Counted from the stretch's first letter, positions 7,869-15,001 are shown. The stretch: DNA of 20,111 bases from Candidatus Nanohalarchaeota archaeon (GCA_022729255.1 JALDAG010000015.1:1-20111), one strand, 5' to 3'. Notes: generated from the sequence alone by a model not told the origin. Program-made: numbers and translations.

Positions 7869-7989
7869 TATGTCTAACAGTTTTTGAACCCAACCTTTAT
7901 AAGCCAACTGATTATTTCCAGTTTTTTTCAATCAGATTAAAAAATTATTAAATAAGGGACAGGAATAAATAATATAGGATTACGTAAAA

Positions 7990-8529
7990 ATGGAAGAAGA
8001 AAATTTTAAGAGTATCTGGGGAAAGAAAAAAGTCTTGCTTACCGCATTACTGGTAATTGTTTTACTGGTTGGTGGAGGATTTTTTGTATTAAACACAGAA
8101 TTTGACGATTTTTTTGGTGAAGAAGAAATTGAACGTTTTGGGGAAGAAATAACATCTGATGAACTAAGTCTCTTTGAAGCCGCTCAAGAAGGAGATGTGG
8201 AGACTTTGAAGGAACTTATCGAAGAAGTTGATAATATAGATGTAGAGAGTAATTATGGTAGAACTCCTATGATGCTGGCAGCCAACAACGGTCATACCGA
8301 AGCAACCAGGCTTTTGTTGGAAGAAGGAGCGGATATAGGTAAAAAGAACATTTACCATGAGACTGCTCTTATGATGGCAGCTCATGAAGGACACGTGGAA
8401 ACTGTTGAATTGTTGATAGAATACGGTGCTGACGTGAACGTTGAGAGAGATGACGGCACACATATTCTTGATTTCACTGAACACGAAGAAATAGAAAATA
8501 TCTTGAGGCAACACGGCGCATCGAGATGA
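7990..8529 (+). CDS. Membrane-anchored ankyrin-repeat protein (N-terminal signal anchor, acidic linker, about 3 ANK repeats)
   Basis: KSIWGKKK plus the hydrophobic VLLTALLVIVLLVGGGFFVL stretch. ANK consensus G.TPLM.AA..GH...LLL..GAD in NYGRTPMMLAANNGHTEATRLLLEEGADIG, YHETALMMAAHEGHVETVELLIEYGADVN and DDGTHILDF. The TATA-like aataaataatata lies about 25 bp upstream of the ATG. Confidence 0.8.
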   Translation: MEEENFKSIWGKKKVLLTALLVIVLLVGGGFFVLNTEFDDFFGEEEIERFGEEITSDELSLFEAAQEGDVETLKELIEEVDNIDVESNYGRTPMMLAANNGHTEATRLLLEEGADIGKKNIYHETALMMAAHEGHVETVELLIEYGADVNVERDDGTHILDFTEHEEIENILRQHGASR

Positions 8530-8594
8530 ACATGGAACAGATCATTTAGGTTATAGAGAAAAATTATTTTAGGAAGTGACTATCAAATTTCTCT

Positions 8595-9914
8595 ATGGAT
8601 AAACCTAGATTTTTAGCCAAACTTTTCTCCATCCTCCTTTGGTTGATCATATTTTTGACAGTTTTCCAGTTCTTGATAGGAGCAAGAAACATAGCTAATT
8701 ATGAAAAACAAGTACTTGAACAAAATATAATACATGAAATCGATAACAGGATTGAAAGAGGTATAGATGTATTTACTGAGATAAAGGAGAAAGAAGAGCA
8801 CTACTATGTTTCCATGATAAAAGACGAGATCGGAAAGGTGGAGTACGAGATACCCAAAGAAAATGACAGGGAGTTCTCGGTATTTCTATTCGGTGGTTCA
8901 TCAGTCGTTTTTCCTGTTGGAGAACATATGAACTTCCCTGAACATCTCGAAGAAAAGGTAAAAAATAGGACGGAAGCTAATTTTTCGATCTACAACTTTG
9001 GTATGCCGGGTGTATCCACAAGTACAATACTTAACTCTCTGGAAAGGATTCTTGAAGTGAAAGAACCCGACATGGTGGTGATATATACAGGTCACAACGA
9101 CTATTTTTTAACACATCACATGTTTACGGAAAACACCCCTGATATTTTTTATGATGAAAACGTTTTGTGGCCTCTTTACAACAGTCTGGGTCCCTTGATT
9201 GATAGAGAAAGCGCTTACATGTATGATTCCAAGAGGATAACGGAGTACAGGATGATGACCTTAGCACATTCCATAGGATTGGTTGATGGAAAAAGAATAT
9301 TTGATTTAAAGAAAAAGACCGATAAAATTATAGAGGAGGAATACTTTGAGGAAAATATTAAAGATATCCAGAGTTTAACAGAAGAGAGAAGTATTGATTT
9401 GGTGTTCCTAACAACCATATCCAGGATCAGAGGAGTTAGAACAGAAGAGATGTTTCTTTCAAAGGATGAGATGGCAGAATTTCATGATTTTGTGGATAGA
9501 GCTGAAAGTTATTTGGAACAAGAGGAATTCGATAGATCTCTCGAAATATTTGGAAAAGCACTCGATATAAATGATAATAGCTCTAAAATCTATGAGAGAA
9601 TAGGTGAGATATATGAGGGTAGAGAGGAATACATGAAAGCCCAGGAGAACTTTATAAAATCTAAGGACAGAAATGTTTTCGGTCAGGATCCCAGAGCTCC
9701 TTCTTATTTCAATGAAATACTTAGAAATGTTGAGAAAGAGAAAGTATACACAGTTGATGTTCGGAAAAAGTTACTGGAGGATGAGGATTATCCTTTGATG
9801 GACAATGATTTCTTTGACAGTGAAATACATATAGGAGGAGATAACACTGGTCAGGTTGCTGAAAAAATCTTTTTAGGACTTGAAAAAAGAGGATTGATTG
9901 ATGATTTCGAATAA
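8595..9914 (+). CDS. Membrane-anchored SGNH/GDSL-family hydrolase with inserted TPR-like repeats (paralog A)
   Basis: N-terminal TM (FLAKLFSILLWLIIFLTVFQFLIG). SGNH blocks: I VFLFGGSSV, II NFGMPGVS, III IYTGHNDY, V FFDSEIH. TPR-like helices (SYLEQEEFDRSLEIFGKALDIND..IYERIGEIYEGREEYMKAQENF). Clear paralog of 11917-13215. Confidence 0.65.
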   Translation: MDKPRFLAKLFSILLWLIIFLTVFQFLIGARNIANYEKQVLEQNIIHEIDNRIERGIDVFTEIKEKEEHYYVSMIKDEIGKVEYEIPKENDREFSVFLFGGSSVVFPVGEHMNFPEHLEEKVKNRTEANFSIYNFGMPGVSTSTILNSLERILEVKEPDMVVIYTGHNDYFLTHHMFTENTPDIFYDENVLWPLYNSLGPLIDRESAYMYDSKRITEYRMMTLAHSIGLVDGKRIFDLKKKTDKIIEEEYFEENIKDIQSLTEERSIDLVFLTTISRIRGVRTEEMFLSKDEMAEFHDFVDRAESYLEQEEFDRSLEIFGKALDINDNSSKIYERIGEIYEGREEYMKAQENFIKSKDRNVFGQDPRAPSYFNEILRNVEKEKVYTVDVRKKLLEDEDYPLMDNDFFDSEIHIGGDNTGQVAEKIFLGLEKRGLIDDFE

Positions 9915-9949
9915 TCGATTCGACCTCAAAAAAATATCTAGGTGATTCT

Positions 9950-10933
9950 ATGGAATTAGGAAAATATTCTGATATGGATCTGTTGGAAAAGGTCGTTGTT
10001 CATACACCAACTACTACTTCTATAGATTCGGTAAAAGAAAACCCTGAAAAACATCTTTTCAATGAAATACCTGACAAGAAAAGGTTTCTTGAGGAAAAAA
10101 CCATGTTCACAGATATTTTGAAGGATAACGGTGTTGATGTGTTACACCTGACTGAACTACTGATGAGGGCAGAGAAAGACCTAGATGATAAATTAATCGA
10201 TGAGATTGTTAATCTGATGTATGTTAGGGATATAGGTACTGTTATCCTGGATTATCTGGTGAGATGCAGTATGTCGGAGAGATTGAGACAGAAGGAGGAA
10301 GAAATATTTGATTTTTTAATAAAGCATCAAGGCTTAAATCGTGATTACGAGGTTTTAAGACCGGTAAAACCGATTGAAGGAGGGGATATATTTATTCCTA
10401 GGTATAACACGATGATTGTTGGAAACTCCTTGAGAACATCGGAGCAAGGAATTATTGAACTAGGGGAAGGATTGGTAGATAGCTCTATAGATAAAATAAT
10501 TATGTTAAATGTTCCTAGAGAGGATAGTGCGATACATCTGGATATGGTGTTTTCCCAGCTTGAGAAAAACCTTTTCATGGTTGATAAAAGATTTTCAAAA
10601 AATATGGAGTGTTTTTTGATAGAAGTATGTTCTGATGGACCGAAAATGAGGAAAAATAAAAAAAGTATCGATGAAATTTTGAAAGAAGAATTAGGTAGAG
10701 ATGTGGAAGTTTTAAAAGTAGATGAGAGAAAAGAACAGAAGATGTGCGGATTTAACGTCTTACCGATTGAAAGTTCGAAAGTCATAGCTTTTCAAGAAAA
10801 CAGGAATATAAACAGGTTGATACGAAACATGGGAATTGAAGTCATCGAGGTAATGGGACGAGAACTGATGAAGGGTAATGGCGGACCAAGATGCATGACG
10901 TTGCCATTAAAAAGGAATAGAGGTTCAAGATAA
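9950..10933 (+). CDS. Arginine deiminase family (guanidino-modifying/amidinotransferase superfamily) enzyme, short form
   Basis: 327 aa. ADI-like N-terminus (L.KVVVHTP...LF...........F...L...GVDVLHLTELL). Catalytic His motif SAIHLDMVFSQL (ADI: MHLDTVF). C-terminal catalytic Cys motif GNGGPRCMTLPLKR (ADI: GGG.CM..P). SD AGGTGA at 9940-9945. It lacks the ~80-aa helical insertion of classical 410-aa ADIs. Confidence 0.65.
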   Translation: MELGKYSDMDLLEKVVVHTPTTTSIDSVKENPEKHLFNEIPDKKRFLEEKTMFTDILKDNGVDVLHLTELLMRAEKDLDDKLIDEIVNLMYVRDIGTVILDYLVRCSMSERLRQKEEEIFDFLIKHQGLNRDYEVLRPVKPIEGGDIFIPRYNTMIVGNSLRTSEQGIIELGEGLVDSSIDKIIMLNVPREDSAIHLDMVFSQLEKNLFMVDKRFSKNMECFLIEVCSDGPKMRKNKKSIDEILKEELGRDVEVLKVDERKEQKMCGFNVLPIESSKVIAFQENRNINRLIRNMGIEVIEVMGRELMKGNGGPRCMTLPLKRNRGSR

Positions 10934-10935
10934 TT

Positions 10936-11910
10936 ATGGTCAAGAGAAGTCTGGTAAAGTTAAGTAATAATAAAAAAGAGAGGTTAGAAAAGATACTTTC
11001 TATATCAGAATATGTCAAAAGACAGGATTATTCTGATAAAAAACTCGAAGGAAAAAATATAGCTCTTTTGTTTGAAAAACCCTCGACAAGAACAAGATCT
11101 GCGTTTGAAATAGCTGTAAAAGATTTAGGAGGTAACACAGTATTTTTGGATAAAGAAGAAATTCATTTAGGTTATAGAGAAAGTCTAGAGGACACTGCAA
11201 AGGTTCTTGAAAGTTATTTTGACGGTGTAGGTTTTCGAGGTATGAGACATGAAAAAGTTGAGAGACTGGATCAACACACATCAATCCCTGTTTGGAATCT
11301 TTTAACTGATAAATTCCACCCTACGCAGGTTTTATCCGATTTTTTCACGATTGAAGAAGTCTTTGAGAAGGATTTGTCAGATATAAAGCTTGCATATATT
11401 GGTAACGGTATCAACAATGTTTTAAATTCTTTGATAGTCGGGGCAGCGAAGACAGGTATGAATATGAGGATTGTAACCCCTGAAGAACTCAGACCTGATA
11501 GAAAATTAATGGTAAAATCCAGAAACATAGCCAGGAAACAAAATTCTACTTTAAAGTGTTTTTCAAACGTTGAAAAAGGTTTGGAGGAAGTTGATGTAGT
11601 TTATACAGATGTATGGGTTTCCATGAATGATCCGAAATCAGAATGGGATGAAATGATAGATAAACTTAGTCCATACAGTGTTGACAATGAAAAAATGGAT
11701 TTGACCTCCGAAAACTCTGTTTTTATGCACTGTCTTCCAGCCTTACATGATAAAGAAACAATTCTAGCTGACAAAATATGTGAAAGACATGGAATCGAAT
11801 GTTTGGAAGTCAGTGACAATGTCTTCAGATCCGATAGTTCGATTGTTTTTCAGCAGTCAGAGAACAAGTTGCATACCCTGAAATCCTTGTTGATAGATTC
11901 GTTTGATTAG
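10936..11910 (+). CDS. argF: Ornithine carbamoyltransferase
   Basis: 324 aa. Carbamoyl-phosphate motif STRTR (FEKPSTRTRSAFEIA), HPTQ, the ornithine-binding region DVWVSMND (canonical DVWVSMG) and the OTC-specific FMHCLPALHD (ATCase has HPLP). It starts 2 bp after the upstream gene. Whether it is catabolic (arcB-like) or anabolic cannot be decided. Confidence 0.85.
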   Translation: MVKRSLVKLSNNKKERLEKILSISEYVKRQDYSDKKLEGKNIALLFEKPSTRTRSAFEIAVKDLGGNTVFLDKEEIHLGYRESLEDTAKVLESYFDGVGFRGMRHEKVERLDQHTSIPVWNLLTDKFHPTQVLSDFFTIEEVFEKDLSDIKLAYIGNGINNVLNSLIVGAAKTGMNMRIVTPEELRPDRKLMVKSRNIARKQNSTLKCFSNVEKGLEEVDVVYTDVWVSMNDPKSEWDEMIDKLSPYSVDNEKMDLTSENSVFMHCLPALHDKETILADKICERHGIECLEVSDNVFRSDSSIVFQQSENKLHTLKSLLIDSFD

Positions 11911-11916
11911 GAATAC

Positions 11917-13215
11917 CTAGTTAACCATAGAACTTTCTTCAAGACCCTTGAATATTTTCTTGGCTATTATTTCGTTGTATTCAGAGTTGAAGTGAACCCA
12001 GTCATCAAAGAGATCGGGTTTAAACAGAAGTTTATTGTTGTCTTCCTTCAACAACTTTTTGAGATCTACAACTGTTACGTGAGAACCGTTCAAACTTCTG
12101 ATAAAATTGTTTATGGAGGATTTGGCTCTGACGTCATAGCTGAAATCATCCTTGTCTCTGGCAATCCTTAAACTTCTCAGAGATTTATCCGTTTCTCCCA
12201 ACTCTTCATATATCAGGCCTTTCTTGTAATGAATCATAGCATTCTTACTGTTTAACTTTTCCGCATCTTTGAAGTTTTCTATAGCCTGTTCATAATTTTG
12301 TTTATTCAAATCTTCGAAACCTCTATCCCTATAATTGATGAAATCATCTCTCGATGTTTCATTTACGAAATCATAATCTATCTCAAAAGGCCTTATCTTT
12401 AGATTTGAACTTACTGTGATGAAAACTGTTTCAACGCCTTTTCTCTCGGTGATTTCCACAATTTTTTCCATATTTGTCTTATAAGAGTCTAAAGCATTTT
12501 CATTGACTAAATTCATTATGTCATATACCTTTTCCGAGTCAATTATACCAACTGACATACCTAGATTGATAAGATAAGGTGTAATGGTATTTCTTTTCAA
12601 ATCCTCTATTTCGTGATTAGGCCTTCCTGAAAGAAAGGTCTTTCTGTAGAGATACCATATCAGATTATTTTCAAGTAAATCAAGTTCATCCCTGATTATA
12701 TTATGGGATTCAAAGTGGTCGTTGTGCCCGGAGTATATCAGAACCATTTCAGGTTTTTCCATATTGATGCTTTTGTTTAAGCTTTTGACAATTGATGTGG
12801 AACGAGCACCACTTTTTGCTAGGTTATAGACTTTTTTACTCTGATTATTTTCCTGTTCAAAAATGTTTTCGAGATAAAGAGGTATATATTTCTTTTCGCA
12901 GAAAGGTGTGACCATAGAGGAACCACTAAAAACATATATATGATCTGAAGCATTACTATCAATCTTGAATGTTTCCCTAAAACATTTTCTTTCTATCTCA
13001 ATAAACTTTTCATTATTTGAATTCAAATTATCAAAGTAATGACCATTCTCATTATATCTAAGACCTCTGAAACTCGTGTTTAGTTCCTCTAGATCAATAT
13101 TATTGATATTATTAGAACTTGAAACAAACTGAATTATAGGGATGATGGTCAAGGACCATAAAATTAAGATGAGGACTATAAAAGTTTTTTCCCATGGTTT
13201 TGAGGTTTCATCCAT
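11917..13215 (-). CDS. Membrane-anchored SGNH/GDSL-family hydrolase with inserted TPR-like repeats (paralog B)
   Basis: N-terminal TM (TFIVLILILWSLTIIPIIQFV). Blocks: I YVFSGSSMV, II NLAKSGARS, III IYSGHNDH, V LFDDWVH (DxxH). TPR-like LNKQNYEQAIENFKDAEKLNSKNAMIHYKKGLIYEELGETDKSLRSL. Collinear alignment with 8595-9914 over about 350 aa. Its stop is 6 bp from the convergent OTC stop. Confidence 0.65.
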   Translation of the reverse strand: MDETSKPWEKTFIVLILILWSLTIIPIIQFVSSSNNINNIDLEELNTSFRGLRYNENGHYFDNLNSNNEKFIEIERKCFRETFKIDSNASDHIYVFSGSSMVTPFCEKKYIPLYLENIFEQENNQSKKVYNLAKSGARSTSIVKSLNKSINMEKPEMVLIYSGHNDHFESHNIIRDELDLLENNLIWYLYRKTFLSGRPNHEIEDLKRNTITPYLINLGMSVGIIDSEKVYDIMNLVNENALDSYKTNMEKIVEITERKGVETVFITVSSNLKIRPFEIDYDFVNETSRDDFINYRDRGFEDLNKQNYEQAIENFKDAEKLNSKNAMIHYKKGLIYEELGETDKSLRSLRIARDKDDFSYDVRAKSSINNFIRSLNGSHVTVVDLKKLLKEDNNKLLFKPDLFDDWVHFNSEYNEIIAKKIFKGLEESSMVN

Positions 13216-13260
13216 ACTTTTAATTATAATTAACTCGGATTTAATAATAGGTGTAAAAAA
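13216..13260. promoter_or_regulatory. 45-bp divergent promoter region with the perfect 14-bp AT palindrome ttaattataattaa (13220-13233) and a second TATA-like ttaataata (13241-13249)
   Basis: The palindrome was verified by reverse complement. It lies 28-41 bp upstream of the SPFH ATG (13261). The second box lies about 26-36 bp upstream of the minus-strand ATG (13215). An AGGTG 8 nt before 13261 looks SD-like. Confidence 0.45.
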
Positions 13261-14106
13261 ATGGTAAATCCTCTGATATATTTCTTAGTTATTTTGGCGA
13301 TAATTTTAGTGGTTAAAACAATTGTTATAAACCAGGAATATGAGAGAGCTATTGTTTTTAGGCTTGGATCATTTGAAAGAGTTCTTGGACCGGGTTTACA
13401 GTTCGTTATACCTTTCATAGAGTGGATCAAAAAGGTGGATTACAGGGTAAAGACCGTGAATGTACAGCCTCAGAAGGTTTTGACAAGGGACAACGTTACG
13501 GTAACGGTGGATGCAATAATATTTTACAAGGTGATGAGAGATCACGAGAAATTGAAGGATACGATTTTAGAGGTAGAGGACTTTAATGAAGTGACCGTTA
13601 ACTACGGAAAGACCATGTTGAGAGCTGAGATAGGAAAGGTAGAGCTTGATGATCTTTTATCGAAGAGAGATGAGATCGCTGAGGAACTTAGATCGGATCT
13701 TGATGAATCCACGGACGAATTTGGTGTAACTATTAGGGATGTCGAGATTAGGGATGTTTCGATACCTGACTCAATGGAAAGGGCTATGGCTGCAGAAGCC
13801 GAGGCAGAGAGAGAAAGAAGAGCAAGGATAACTAAAGCACGGGGAGAACTTCAGGCAGCTGCCAGGACCAGGATGGCATCTGAGATTCTTGGAACAGAAG
13901 GTTACAAACTTAGGACTTTACAAACGATTGATAATGTGGCTATAGAGAATTCAACCATAGTTACGATTCCAGCAGAGCTTATGCCAAAATCAGAAGGAAG
14001 CGATGAACATCATGGACATGTGAAAGAAATTCTTGATAAGTTGAAGGATTCTCTTGACATCGAAAAGATGCTTGGTGATTCGTTATCTGATTCTGAAGGG
14101 CTTTAA
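13261..14106 (+). CDS. SPFH/Band-7 (stomatin/prohibitin-like) membrane protein
   Basis: N-terminal TM. Stomatin core IVINQEYERAIVFRLGSFERVLGPGLQFVIPFIEWIKKVDYRVKTV..LTRDNVTVTVDAIIFYKV, then coiled-coil EAEAERERRARITKA and an acidic His-rich tail. Confidence 0.85.
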   Translation: MVNPLIYFLVILAIILVVKTIVINQEYERAIVFRLGSFERVLGPGLQFVIPFIEWIKKVDYRVKTVNVQPQKVLTRDNVTVTVDAIIFYKVMRDHEKLKDTILEVEDFNEVTVNYGKTMLRAEIGKVELDDLLSKRDEIAEELRSDLDESTDEFGVTIRDVEIRDVSIPDSMERAMAAEAEAERERRARITKARGELQAAARTRMASEILGTEGYKLRTLQTIDNVAIENSTIVTIPAELMPKSEGSDEHHGHVKEILDKLKDSLDIEKMLGDSLSDSEGL

Positions 14107-14118
14107 AGCTCTTCTTAA

Positions 14119-14631
14119 CTATTTTTTTATTCCATAAAGCTTATTTATAGGTTCATCCACGAACTTTTTGTATATTTCATCCATTTTTTCGTTGTATTTG
14201 ATGTTCCTAACGTTTTGATATGCAGAATAGGAGTGTATAACTGTGCTTGTTGCTAAACCTATCATACCTCCCTTGCGTATCCCTTCAGCAACATCTCCTG
14301 AAACGAATCCTGCTATGCTACCCATTATGATTCCTAATGAAAAAGTGTTTAACGCATATGCCGAGAATTTTTCCGATTTATCGCTATCTTTTAAAATATG
14401 GTCTTTTATGTCTTGATAGGCCTCTTTGAAGTTATCTATTTTTTCTTTTGAGATATATTCTATATCCCAATCGGTTTCAATTTCCTTTATCTCTTTTAAT
14501 GTTTTCGATTCTAATATGTTGGATATATATGTTTCTGCCTCATATTTGTCCTCGAAAGATGGATACTTTTTAATATTGATTTCCTCTTGATTTTTTCTGC
14601 CTATACCTTCTTCTTTGAACATGTGGTCCAA
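14119..14631 (-). CDS. Hypothetical protein with C-terminal glycine-zipper membrane segment
   Basis: 170 aa from a TTG; an ATG at 14620-14622 gives a more likely 167-aa product. N-terminal charged/helical region, then LGIIMGSIAGFVSGDVAEGIRKGGMIGLATSTVI (GxxxGxxxGxxxG). No recognisable family. Confidence 0.5.
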   Translation of the reverse strand: MDHMFKEEGIGRKNQEEINIKKYPSFEDKYEAETYISNILESKTLKEIKEIETDWDIEYISKEKIDNFKEAYQDIKDHILKDSDKSEKFSAYALNTFSLGIIMGSIAGFVSGDVAEGIRKGGMIGLATSTVIHSYSAYQNVRNIKYNEKMDEIYKKFVDEPINKLYGIKK

Positions 14632-14713
14632 TCCCTTTTGATAACTAAGAAGTGATTAACATTGTTAAAGCTTAGTATTTATGTTTACAGCCCAAGAAAA
14701 AGAAATAATCTCT

Positions 14714-14737
14714 GGCGTAAAAACGCCTTTTTTATCC
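14714..14737. terminator. Small GC hairpin GGCG-taaaaa-CGCC (14714-14727) followed by TTTTTTAT; candidate terminator 10 bp after the stop of the minus-strand wHTH gene. It is symmetric, with an A-run on the other side.
   Basis: Seen directly. Only a 4-bp stem, so modest confidence. Confidence 0.35.
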
Positions 14738-14935
14738 TTATTTCAAGGTAAGTTTTGTTCCTCTTCCTTTCTCCAAAAACTCAAGCTTTCCTTCCTTGGC
14801 AAGCCAACCTATGGCCATGTAAACCTTTGTATTGCTTCCTTCAACTTCTTTTGTTACCTTTGTTATTGAGGGTGTACCCCCTTTTTCGAGATATCGATAA
14901 ACCTTGCCAGCAAGGTGTCCTATTGTTTCCTGCAT
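14738..14935 (-). CDS. Small winged helix-turn-helix protein (DUF2582-like)
   Basis: 65 aa. ...AGKVYRYLEKGGTPSITKVTKEVEGSNTKVYMAIGWLAKEGKLEF..KGRGTKLTLK fits the ~70-aa standalone wHTH family. The frame was verified codon by codon from ATG 14933-35 to TAA 14738-40. Confidence 0.6.
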   Translation of the reverse strand: MQETIGHLAGKVYRYLEKGGTPSITKVTKEVEGSNTKVYMAIGWLAKEGKLEFLEKGRGTKLTLK

Positions 14936-14982
14936 GGTTCCATTTATTGTTGTACTTGTTAAAAAGTGTTTCTATACCTAAA

Positions 14983-15001
14983 GATATAACAGTGTTATAT
15001 C
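14983..15001. promoter_or_regulatory. Perfect 19-bp palindrome GATATAACA-g-TGTTATATC (9-1-9), 48-66 bp upstream of the wHTH ATG and overlapping the stop codon of the DUF45 gene
   Basis: Verified by reverse complement. Upstream of probable TATA-like boxes (ttaaaaag 14959-66, tctatacc 14971-78) for the 14738-14935 gene. Confidence 0.5.

Noticed and set aside
8164-9418. Minus-strand ORFs within the ankyrin and SGNH-A genes
   Set aside because: Antisense to supported CDSs. No conserved motifs.
10345-11819. Minus-strand ORFs inside the ADI-like and OTC genes
   Set aside because: Antisense to CDSs with strong catalytic-motif evidence.
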